Assembly (NCBI GenBank): GCA_965207885.1
Contig: OZ242311.1
Location: 5,440,001-5,504,000 of the forward strand
DNA: 64,000 nt
Reading direction: 5' to 3'
Source: Candidatus Latescibacterota bacterium
Lineage (GTDB): Bacteria > Latescibacterota > UBA2968
Positions 19,483 through 28,073 of the stretch are shown here, piece by piece. The notes under the pieces were generated by a model. It ran no database searches and was not told the DNA's origin. It worked only from the letters and a program-made list of their open reading frames with translations. Within the stretch, counting starts at the first letter, position 1. Each line of letters opens with the position of its first letter. A program made the translations under genes and the position numbers.

Positions 19483-20613
19483 CTACTCCCGCCTCACTGC
19501 GACATTCGCGAATAGTCCATTCGGCGCCCCCGAATTCGCGGTCACGATCTCCGGAAACCGATCACCGTTCAGATCGCCGACAGCCAACCCGTACGTTAAG
19601 CAGTCCGCGCATCCAAAGCGAAACTCGTCGAACTCTGGGGTCTCGCCGCCCCGGTTGAAGTACACCGCATTCTGCGCGCCCACGTTCGCCACGATGATGT
19701 CCAGATCGCCGTCGAGATCCACGTCCGCCAGGCGGACCGCGTAACTCCGGTCGTCGGACCCGAACGGCAGGCTGCGCTCGAACCCTTCCGCCCCGTCGCC
19801 GAAGTACACTGCATTCGCCTCGCCGATGTTCGCCGACACGATGTCTGGGTGACCGTCGCCATCTACATCGCCCACCGCCACGCCACGGGTCTCGTCACTG
19901 CCGGTTCCGTACCGACTCACCCGCTCGAAACTACCTGCGTCGTTCCAGTGAACTGTGTTCGCGCCTCGGTTACGGTTGGCGAGCACAAGGTCCGGATCCC
20001 CGTCACCTTCGAGGTCCGCGGCGGCGACATTGATCGTGGAATCGTCCCCGGTTCCAAAAGGCGTTCCCTCGCCGAAGACCCCTGAACCATCTCCATGGAA
20101 GATAAAGTTCTGGCGTCCCCGGTTCACAACCAGGATGTCGGTGTGTCCGTCGGCGTCCAGATCGGCCAACGTCAGGCTCCGCGTCGAACTCGGCGTGCCG
20201 AAGACGGCTCCGGCCTTGAAGCGGCCCGCGCCATCGTTCAGAAAGACGAGATTCCGCGTACGGTCGTTCCCCACCGCGACATCCAGGTCGCCATCGCCGT
20301 CGAAATCGGCCAGCGGGACGGCATACGTGCCGGCCTCTTCATCCCCCAGCCGCCGCGCGAGGGTGAAGGCGGCTCGCCCATCATTGAAATAGATCCGGTT
20401 CTGCCCGGGCCAGTGGCGACCATTGGCGACAACCACATCCAGTGTCCCGTCGCCGTTGACATCGCCCAGACTCAGCGAGGCCGTCAGTTCGCTGCCCGCG
20501 CCCAACGACCTGCGTGGCCGGAATGTCCGCTGAGAGGGTTCGGCTTTCTGCTCTGGCGGATTCTGGCAAGCCATCAAAATGCCGCAGAAAGCCGCGAGAC
20601 AGAGACGAAACAT
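19483..20613 (-). CDS. FG-GAP/VCBS-repeat beta-propeller lipoprotein
   Basis: Seven repeats of the type D-x-D/N-G-D-G-x-x-D-x-V-x-A-N; lipobox LMAC; start at ATG 20613. Confidence 0.9.
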   Translation of the reverse strand: MFRLCLAAFCGILMACQNPPEQKAEPSQRTFRPRRSLGAGSELTASLSLGDVNGDGTLDVVVANGRHWPGQNRIYFNDGRAAFTLARRLGDEEAGTYAVPLADFDGDGDLDVAVGNDRTRNLVFLNDGAGRFKAGAVFGTPSSTRSLTLADLDADGHTDILVVNRGRQNFIFHGDGSGVFGEGTPFGTGDDSTINVAAADLEGDGDPDLVLANRNRGANTVHWNDAGSFERVSRYGTGSDETRGVAVGDVDGDGHPDIVSANIGEANAVYFGDGAEGFERSLPFGSDDRSYAVRLADVDLDGDLDIIVANVGAQNAVYFNRGGETPEFDEFRFGCADCLTYGLAVGDLNGDRFPEIVTANSGAPNGLFANVAVRRE

Positions 20614-20657
20614 AACATCTCCCAATACAGTTGATTTAAATATACCCAAAACGCGGA
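20528..20657. repeat. 130-bp direct repeat, copy 2 (leader and signal peptide of the FG-GAP gene)
   Basis: See copy 1; offset 1205 bp. Confidence 0.92.
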
Positions 20658-20671
20658 ACACAAAAAAGCGA

Positions 20672-21709
20672 TCAGTCGCCTCTGCGATTCGCCTGAGATT
20701 GTGGCGTAAGGTCAAACCACGTCTCGTGCCCCTGAAAAAAGCGATCGAGTTCATCGACCATAAGTTTGAAAAAGTGGGGATAATCATCGCCCGTATGGCC
20801 CGAAAAATGCGGACTTAAAAACACATTGGGAAGGTGAATAATCTCACTATCGGGAGGAATAGGTTCCGGATCAAAAACCTCGAGACCCGCGGTAATATCC
20901 CCTCTCTTGAGACGCTCTATCAAAGCATAGGAATCGACAATTGCACCGCGCGAAACATTGACAAAAGCCGACCCGGGTTGGATGAGATCAAGTTCGCGTT
21001 TCCCAATCATACCTCTGGTGCGCGGTGTAAGCGGAGCAACGCAGACAATAACATCGCATTCCGAAAAAATCTTATCCATCAAAGTCTGCGTAAAACCGAC
21101 AATCTCGGCAATATCGCGGGACAAATACGGATCGTAAACCCAGATATCCGTATTAAAAGGACGCAAAAAAGAAATGAGACGGCGGCCCATATGCCCACAC
21201 CCAATAAGACCGACGCGCTTGTCGGTCAACATACCGCGCATATCACGGTTTTTAGCACCGATTGTATCGCCAGCAATAATGCGGCGAAAAGCCGCCCCTG
21301 CATTGCGCAGCGCGATCAGGATAAGCGCGAGCGCCCATTCGGCAACTGGATAAGACGACCCCTGAGTCGTATCAACCGTGCGGATACCGCGTTCCCAGGC
21401 AGCATCGAGATCAATGCGCGCGGCAAAGCGGTCGCCTTCCAATTCGCCAACCAACTTCAAATTTGGCGCATTATCCAGCACCTCGGCATCAATCTTGGGG
21501 CACCCGGAGCACACGACAACAGCATCCGCATCCCCAATACAATCAATTAAACCCGCAATAATTCCGGGGTCGCGATGGGCTTCATAAATATTGCCACCCT
21601 CGCACTCAAACCAATCCCATGTGGCGAAGGTCTCGAGACGGGCGAGTTCCTCCGGCGGAAAATAGCTATCGCGAATGCGCTTATTAGACGCGAGAAGGAC
21701 TTTTGGCAT
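20672..21709 (-). CDS. D-isomer-specific 2-hydroxyacid dehydrogenase
   Basis: GLIGCGHMG, PLTPRTRGMI, VNVSRGAIVD, VFDPEP, SPHFSG. Confidence 0.9.
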   Translation of the reverse strand: MPKVLLASNKRIRDSYFPPEELARLETFATWDWFECEGGNIYEAHRDPGIIAGLIDCIGDADAVVVCSGCPKIDAEVLDNAPNLKLVGELEGDRFAARIDLDAAWERGIRTVDTTQGSSYPVAEWALALILIALRNAGAAFRRIIAGDTIGAKNRDMRGMLTDKRVGLIGCGHMGRRLISFLRPFNTDIWVYDPYLSRDIAEIVGFTQTLMDKIFSECDVIVCVAPLTPRTRGMIGKRELDLIQPGSAFVNVSRGAIVDSYALIERLKRGDITAGLEVFDPEPIPPDSEIIHLPNVFLSPHFSGHTGDDYPHFFKLMVDELDRFFQGHETWFDLTPQSQANRRGD

Positions 21710-21746
21710 AACTAACCTCTTTTCAAATTGAGCATATTCTCATCTC

Positions 21747-22595
21747 TCACTTCAACCCCTCACCCGGTATCCACTGTATCTCTATCGGCTCTGCCTCGCC
21801 ATCATACGCGATTCTGAGCGGCTCCATCAGGGCCTGTAACTCAGACGATGGCACAGCATCACTGTTATTGCCTTCTGCCAGAGCGACCGTGGCCTGCGTG
21901 CGCTCTGGCAAAGCGACAAAGTCCGGATAGTACCACATCGTGAGCACAGTCCTGCGCTGATCTGTCTGATTCGCATGCGAAGCGTGCAACAGGCTGCCAT
22001 AACCCATCACGAGATCGCCGGCTTTAACGGGAACATCGATCTCATCATCCACCCGCGAAAACCCCGGATCATCGGGATTGGCAAATGTTCTTAGCTCATC
22101 TGTATGATTCGGAGAAATCTCGTCGTGTAATGAATGACGCTTGAGATGTGACCCCGGAACCACGCGCAAACACCCATTTTGCGGCATCGTATCGGTCAGA
22201 TAATACATCAAAAAGCACTGAATGGGCTGCGTCGTATAGCTCACCGGATCATCCCAAAAACGACCATCTTCATGCCAGAACAGAGGTGGACTATGCGGCG
22301 GCTTGCTGATAATGCGTCCATGTCCAAACTTTGGTTCATCAAACCCGAGCTGTTTCAACGCATTGAGCGCATTGGGATGGGCGATGAGCTCAGCCATCAC
22401 CGGATACTGATAAGCCATAGCCCAATCGATCATGACCATACTCCCGGTCGTGCGATGCATCTCAAAATGTTCCAGTTCCTGTTCGGAGAGCACATCATCG
22501 CTAAAGCGCTGCAATTGATCCACCAGGACAGAATCGAGAATATTCTCAAACACAAAGAACCCATCACGGGCAAATTGTTCTCGTTTGGAAGACAA
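21747..22595 (-). CDS. PhyH-family Fe(II)/2OG dioxygenase
   Basis: QFARDGF, WHEDG (HxD), NGCLRVVPGSH, LLHASHAN..DQRR; likely TTG start after AAGGAGG. Confidence 0.88.
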   Translation of the reverse strand: MSSKREQFARDGFFVFENILDSVLVDQLQRFSDDVLSEQELEHFEMHRTTGSMVMIDWAMAYQYPVMAELIAHPNALNALKQLGFDEPKFGHGRIISKPPHSPPLFWHEDGRFWDDPVSYTTQPIQCFLMYYLTDTMPQNGCLRVVPGSHLKRHSLHDEISPNHTDELRTFANPDDPGFSRVDDEIDVPVKAGDLVMGYGSLLHASHANQTDQRRTVLTMWYYPDFVALPERTQATVALAEGNNSDAVPSSELQALMEPLRIAYDGEAEPIEIQWIPGEGLK

Positions 22596-22631
22596 GGCAA
22601 ACCTCCTTGTACACAACATCAATAAACACAT

Positions 22632-23531
22632 CTAATTGGATATTTGACCAATCCGAAGCCATCTGATTTTCCCACTCTCTTCATCTTCTGAAAAATAAAT
22701 CTGAATAGCTTTGCCAAGCAAATTTTCTATTGGAACAGCGCCCCAAAATCGACTGTCGTAACTATCGTCCCGATTATCGCCCAAAACAAAAAAGTGCCCA
22801 TCGGGAACCGTATAAGGACCAAAATTATCTCGCGGGCTATTCTGTTTGTTCCACACTCTCAGATCTTCGTATTTAACGCCTTCAGCATCCTCAAATCGCC
22901 TTCCATCCACATATACACCCTTATCTTCTATTTTCACTACTTGCCCTTCAATTGCTATGCATCGTTTGATAAACGCGCGTTTGGAATCCTTTGGAAATTT
23001 GAAAATAACCAAATCCCCTGGATCTGGCCGATCAACACCTATCACGCGATCCCCCACAAATGGGATTCTAATTCCATAGGCAGACATACTTGCAAATATG
23101 TAATCGCCACTCAAAAAGGTATCTGCCATTGCCATGCTGGGAATACTAAACGTTTTAAGGACACAGGTTCTTAGAAATGGTTTCATGACTATCTCAGAAA
23201 CGAACAGTATCACAACAATTGCTACCAGATAAACCAACCAGTGATTACATCTTTTCCGCTGAAAATATCGAGTTGATTTTTTTGCTGTTTTGAATGCATC
23301 CCAAGCAATGTAAAAATAGATAACCAGGAAACAAAGCAGGGCTATCCCAAGATTCAAGGGAGCAATCGCAAGACCTCCTATGATGATGAAGATCGATAAA
23401 AACACCCCTCCTGAATAAAGAACATAAAACAGGATACCTTTTTTGAGTTGTCCATTATAAATCTGACCGAGTCCTGGAAATGGAAGTCCCAATAAAATTG
23501 CTAACCACCATTTTCTTTCCTGCGTTTTCAC
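22632..23531 (-). CDS. Signal peptidase I (S26)-like protein with N-terminal TM extension; catalytic Ser position is Ala
   Basis: PGLGQIYNG TM region; FSIPSMAMADTFLSGD, FIKRCIA, FVLGDNRDDSYDSRFWG. Confidence 0.85.
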   Translation of the reverse strand: MKTQERKWWLAILLGLPFPGLGQIYNGQLKKGILFYVLYSGGVFLSIFIIIGGLAIAPLNLGIALLCFLVIYFYIAWDAFKTAKKSTRYFQRKRCNHWLVYLVAIVVILFVSEIVMKPFLRTCVLKTFSIPSMAMADTFLSGDYIFASMSAYGIRIPFVGDRVIGVDRPDPGDLVIFKFPKDSKRAFIKRCIAIEGQVVKIEDKGVYVDGRRFEDAEGVKYEDLRVWNKQNSPRDNFGPYTVPDGHFFVLGDNRDDSYDSRFWGAVPIENLLGKAIQIYFSEDEESGKIRWLRIGQISN

Positions 23532-23546
23532 GCCATCAATCTCCTG

Positions 23547-25001
23547 CTAAATCTCAGGCAATGGAACTCTATCATCTGTCCGCATCTGCCATTGACGAAT
23601 ACGCTCGGTCAGGTCCTGGATACGGTCCCTGCATTTGGGATCGTCAAAATAATTGACAGTTTCACATGGATCGGCGTTCAGATCGTAGAGTTCACACTGA
23701 TCGTGCGCGCTGAGATTGAGTTTCCAGCGGTCGGCGGAAATAACAGATCGCCAGGGCGTACTCATAGCGGGATTGACCTCGGCCTCACCGGGACGCGGGT
23801 GTCCGTCATTGCGGTTCCACTGAATAAAAACATCATTCTCCAATAGTGTCGCATCGCCATCCAGCACGGACACGCGGCTCTCACCCTGCAAATGATCGGG
23901 AATGGATTCACCCATCAAATCCAGAAGCGTAGGCACGAGATCAATATGTGAAATATTCCCCCCGATCACACGCTGCTGATTGGATAACCAGGGCACATGA
24001 ATGAGAAGCGGAACCTTGACGGACTCCTCGTACAAAACAGTCTTGCCCAAAATGCCGTGATCGCCCACCATCTCGCCGTGATCACTGGTAAACACAATAA
24101 TCGTATTATCCGCCTGCCCGCTCTCCTCAAGCGCAGCGAGAATCTTGCCAACAGAGCGATCAATCAGCGTAACATTGCCATAATAGCGCGCGCGAACAGC
24201 ACGCCAGCCCTCATCTGTGCGAAGATCGTAACCGTATTCTTCGGACTCCATATAATAAGCAGACAAAACGCGATTGAGAAGAGACGCATTAGCCGGCGGC
24301 TTCTGGCAAAACGCGGGACCAACGGGAAGTTCTGAAGGATCGTAATAATCGTTTAATGGGCCGGTATGCGGTGGGTGCGGCTCCAGATAAGAAACAGCCA
24401 GCACAAAGGGATCATCGCCACAGGCGCGTATAAATTGGGCAGCGCGATCTCCCTGGAAAGACGCCTTGGTAAACGGTTCATCCATACTCGCTTCAACGTG
24501 GCGGGAAAAAACGCGCTGATCTTCGGATTCGGAATTGGGATCAAAACCATTTTCCACGAGAAAATGATGGTAGTCACTGCGGTATGCATGGCGTTCAGAA
24601 CTCGAAAAAAAACGACGATACGAATCCTCGGTGCCAACCCACTCGGAAAAACCGTGCTGCGGAAAAATTTCATCGCCGAGATGCCACTTGCCATTATAAC
24701 AACAGCGATAATCGGAAGAAACCATCTCCGCAATAGTTTGCACATCTCGAGGCAGCGGAACATTGCACGCCGGCACGCGCGCGGTATGCGGGTAGAGACC
24801 ACACAACATCGTGGCGCGCGAGGGACTGCACACGGGCTGACTCACATAGGCATTCTCAAATACAAAACTCTTATCCGCAAGCGCATTGAGATGCGGCGTA
24901 TCAATATGATCATTGCCATAACACCGCATCGTATCCGCGCGCTGTTGATCAGTAAAGATAAATAACAAATTCGGTTTTCTAAGAAATGAGTTCATCATCA
25001 A
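23547..25001 (-). CDS. Formylglycine-dependent sulfatase
   Basis: FTDQQR, CSPSR (CxPxR), GKWHLG, FTSDHGE, ELYDL..DP. Confidence 0.93.
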   Translation of the reverse strand: MMMNSFLRKPNLLFIFTDQQRADTMRCYGNDHIDTPHLNALADKSFVFENAYVSQPVCSPSRATMLCGLYPHTARVPACNVPLPRDVQTIAEMVSSDYRCCYNGKWHLGDEIFPQHGFSEWVGTEDSYRRFFSSSERHAYRSDYHHFLVENGFDPNSESEDQRVFSRHVEASMDEPFTKASFQGDRAAQFIRACGDDPFVLAVSYLEPHPPHTGPLNDYYDPSELPVGPAFCQKPPANASLLNRVLSAYYMESEEYGYDLRTDEGWRAVRARYYGNVTLIDRSVGKILAALEESGQADNTIIVFTSDHGEMVGDHGILGKTVLYEESVKVPLLIHVPWLSNQQRVIGGNISHIDLVPTLLDLMGESIPDHLQGESRVSVLDGDATLLENDVFIQWNRNDGHPRPGEAEVNPAMSTPWRSVISADRWKLNLSAHDQCELYDLNADPCETVNYFDDPKCRDRIQDLTERIRQWQMRTDDRVPLPEI

Positions 25002-25004
25002 ATC

Positions 25005-26231
25005 CTATTCAGGGGTCAATCGCCACTGCGACCTGGGAATCACAACAGCGAGAACAGCGAGAACGACACACCCCGCAATGGCAAACACCGCGCAGTGCAA
25101 AAGCGTATGCGACAGCGCAACATCTGAACCTTCCGACGACGAAACACCGGCGAGAAGAGCAAGACAAAGCGAAAATGACAAACGCCCAATCAGACTCTGG
25201 ATCGAAAGATACGTCGCGCGATGGTGTTGTTGCAAACGCGGCACAGTCGCCGCATTGAGAGGCGCAATCATAAGCGCGCGAGGGACAGAGCGAAAAGCCA
25301 ACAGAAGGGCAACAACAGGGTGAAAAAAGAACCCCATCAATGAAATGAGAACAACCTGCACCCCTGCACTGAGCATAAGTGCCGACCGGGTACCGAAATG
25401 ATCGCGCAGGCGAATACTCTGTTTTGCAAACCACGCGGCAATGCCCATCGTCAGCGCCGTATGTAAACCCGTAAGCAACGGCGTGGGAGCCTGGGCACCG
25501 AGCAACTGGATATAGGGCTGATAAAATTCATAGGGGATATGATTGACAACCGTCATAAAAACGGAAAACAACATCAACCACCCGAGCACGGGCTGGCTGA
25601 GATACGCGAGACAGGCGCGAATCTGGGGAAAAAAACCCGACGCCTGTCGCTCAGAACTGGGCTCCCGGTCGGGTTCGGCAAATAACAAAACCAGCACAAA
25701 AGCCACGCACGCCGTTAAAAAAGAAAAACCATAAGCAACGCGCAAAGCATAGATAGACACCACCCCTCCAAGAAGCGCGGCACCTGCTGAAGCTATAAAA
25801 ACATTCCGCGTAATGCGCGCTTCGCGCTGGGGATAGGCGTCTTCTCGCCCCAAACATTTGAGCAGATCGTAGTGAAACGACGTATCCGTGCCAGATCGAA
25901 AGGCCATACTTGCAGCCAACCCAATTTGCGCCAGCACAAAAACGTCAAAAGACCCACCCGCAAAAAAGAGAGCGTACGCAAAAATCGCTGAAACAGCAGA
26001 AATTAGAAGGGTCAGACGGCGACCCAGGATATCGGACAAATACCCGGAAGGCACTTCGAGAATAACAACGGCGACATAGTAAATAGCTTCGAGGCGCAGC
26101 ACCTGCTCAATGGGCATGTGCTGGTTGAAATAGAGAAAAAAGACAGGCAACCAGAAGTACGCCTGCGCGAGAGGGGCATAAATCGGATACAATCGAACAC
26201 TGCGGGTGAGGCCAGAATGTGACATCGTCAA
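25005..26231 (-). CDS. MFS transporter
   Basis: About 12 hydrophobic segments; EVPSGYLSDILGRR, FRSGTD. Confidence 0.88.
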   Translation of the reverse strand: MTMSHSGLTRSVRLYPIYAPLAQAYFWLPVFFLYFNQHMPIEQVLRLEAIYYVAVVILEVPSGYLSDILGRRLTLLISAVSAIFAYALFFAGGSFDVFVLAQIGLAASMAFRSGTDTSFHYDLLKCLGREDAYPQREARITRNVFIASAGAALLGGVVSIYALRVAYGFSFLTACVAFVLVLLFAEPDREPSSERQASGFFPQIRACLAYLSQPVLGWLMLFSVFMTVVNHIPYEFYQPYIQLLGAQAPTPLLTGLHTALTMGIAAWFAKQSIRLRDHFGTRSALMLSAGVQVVLISLMGFFFHPVVALLLAFRSVPRALMIAPLNAATVPRLQQHHRATYLSIQSLIGRLSFSLCLALLAGVSSSEGSDVALSHTLLHCAVFAIAGCVVLAVLAVVIPRSQWRLTPE

Positions 26232-26264
26232 TTGTCAAAAGCCATCCGCTCTGCGGATGGTCGT

Positions 26265-26609
26265 TTACTCATGCCTGAAACTGACCATAGCGCGGTTCAC
26301 CGTCCTGAACGTTTGAAAAGCCGAAGCCAGAGACGTAACCATGAGAATGCTCTCGATTCTTCTGGTAATACCCACCAGACGCAAATCGCCACCTGCAGCC
26401 TTAACCGTCGCCAGAGATGCGGTGAGAACCCCGAGCATCGCACTGCCAAACCATCTGACAGCAGAAAAATCGACAATCACGCGATTGGTACCACTTGCAA
26501 CGAGTTGCTTGATGTGGTCGTGAAACGGCATAACATCAGGACCGTCCATCAGTTCACCTGTAAGGGTAATAATCGCGATATCGTCTTTGATTTCTTCCCT
26601 TAGATTCAT
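26265..26609 (-). CDS. STAS-domain anti-sigma-factor antagonist
   Basis: LTGEL, VIVDFSAVRWFGSAMLGVL, GGDLRLVG; start at ATG 26609. Confidence 0.88.
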   Translation of the reverse strand: MNLREEIKDDIAIITLTGELMDGPDVMPFHDHIKQLVASGTNRVIVDFSAVRWFGSAMLGVLTASLATVKAAGGDLRLVGITRRIESILMVTSLASAFQTFRTVNRAMVSFRHE

Positions 26610-26708
26610 AGCTACTTCCTTTGTTAAATGAGATTGGATATTCTTTGAATGTGATAACATAAGCCCCTTGCACCGATTTTACAACTATTTCTTAATCTAC
26701 AAAAGGGA

Positions 26709-26725
26709 CTGGCATAGAATTTGCA
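26709..26725 (+). promoter_or_regulatory. Candidate sigma54 (-24/-12) promoter
   Basis: CTGGCATAGAATTTGCA, with GG-N10-GC spacing matching TGGCAC-N5-TTGCW. Confidence 0.45.
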
Positions 26726-26740
26726 AGAGTGGAATACAAC

Positions 26741-26782
26741 AAAAAACGGGACACCTGAATCGGGTCCCGTTTTTTGTTTTTT
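26741..26782. terminator. Bidirectional intrinsic terminator
   Basis: AAAAAACGGGAC-acctgaatcgg-GTCCCGTTTTTT just after the Gfo gene stop. Confidence 0.85.
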
Positions 26783-27893
26783 AAGTCATAGGATCTCGTT
26801 TGAGCAAAGGCAGGGGATTGGGTGTGACGAGCACACCGCCATTTTCATAGGACTCAATCGCCGCCCAGGTGTATTCGAGAGCCGCGAGTGCATCGTGACC
26901 CGAAGCGCGGAGTTCTTCCCTGGGCACACCATTGGTAACATCCTCGAGAAACGCGTGGATGCGATTGGGAAAGGTGGAGCCAAAGTCAGCAATCCCCGAA
27001 TCATCAACAATGGGATCGGGTGCGGCACCGTGCGACATATTCTCCGGCATAGGTGCTGTGCCGGGCGCGGGCCAGAAAGTGATTTTTTCAACGCAATTTT
27101 CAATACAAAAAGTCCCTCGCGTACCCGCCACTTCAACGCTCCACCAGCCGCCCAGACCAAAAGTGACATCGCCGCGCTGGCTCAACAAATAACCCATCGC
27201 GCCGCTTTCAAAACGCACGTGAATGCTATTGAGGGAAATCATGAGATCGCCCGCTTGCTTGCGAAAACTGGGACGGTCAAAAAATGCCTGCACATGGGTG
27301 ATATTGCCGCAAAAATCGCGCATCACGCTAAAAGGATGCGTGAGAAAAGCCTTGACGTGAAAATAGGGATGCCCCCACGACTTCGGCCCTTTGCCTGGTC
27401 TATAAGTCGCTTCACCACCTGCAAAACCCATTTTGTGAATACAGTAAATTTGTTCGCCCACTTTGCCTTCTGCGATATATTCTCGCGCCTTGTCCGCCGG
27501 TTGAGAAAAATAATGGTTGAGATTGCAGCCGAGGTACAAATTTTGTTCTGCGGCATAAGCGACCATATCGCGGGCTTCATCAATATCGTTGGACAGGGGT
27601 TTTTCACACAAAACGTGTTTGCCAGCGGCGAGAGCCTCCATCGTGGGTTCATAGTGCCAACTGCCATTCTCATTTCCCCCGGTCGTAACATCGACAATAT
27701 CCAGGTCTTCGTTCCCCAACATGTCTCTGAGACTATAATAAGCTCTAACCCCGTGTCTTTCCGCAGCCTTATCTGCGGACTCTTTGACAACATCGCACAC
27801 CGCAACGAGATCTGCAAGATCGTCTTCTACATGACAACCCGCATGCCGATTGCCGACACCACCCATACCAACAACGCCAACTTTAAGTGCCAT
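26781..27893 (-). CDS. Gfo/Idh/MocA-family oxidoreductase
   Basis: VGVVGMGGVG, ALAAGKHVLCEKP. Confidence 0.92.
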   Translation of the reverse strand: MALKVGVVGMGGVGNRHAGCHVEDDLADLVAVCDVVKESADKAAERHGVRAYYSLRDMLGNEDLDIVDVTTGGNENGSWHYEPTMEALAAGKHVLCEKPLSNDIDEARDMVAYAAEQNLYLGCNLNHYFSQPADKAREYIAEGKVGEQIYCIHKMGFAGGEATYRPGKGPKSWGHPYFHVKAFLTHPFSVMRDFCGNITHVQAFFDRPSFRKQAGDLMISLNSIHVRFESGAMGYLLSQRGDVTFGLGGWWSVEVAGTRGTFCIENCVEKITFWPAPGTAPMPENMSHGAAPDPIVDDSGIADFGSTFPNRIHAFLEDVTNGVPREELRASGHDALAALEYTWAAIESYENGGVLVTPNPLPLLKRDPMT

Positions 27894-28073
27894 AATGTAT
27901 CTCCAAAAAGAGGTGAAAAAATCAAACGCGAATCGCGTAATCTAAATCTAAAGTATCCCGCACTCAAACCGCTTGAGCACCTCGCCCAGTCCGGACAACG
28001 GCACCACCTCACCATAAATAACCGAAGATGTGACAATATGCAACTTGAACTTTCAAATTTACCCCATTACCCA

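Noticed and set aside
19323-20657. IS element or prophage bounded by direct repeats
   Set aside because: No transposase, integrase or terminal inverted repeats; the repeats are diverged coding leaders.
20614-20787. N-terminal extension of the FG-GAP ORF in the ORF track
   Set aside because: It overlaps the upstream dehydrogenase; the RBS, signal peptide and repeat all point to ATG 20613.
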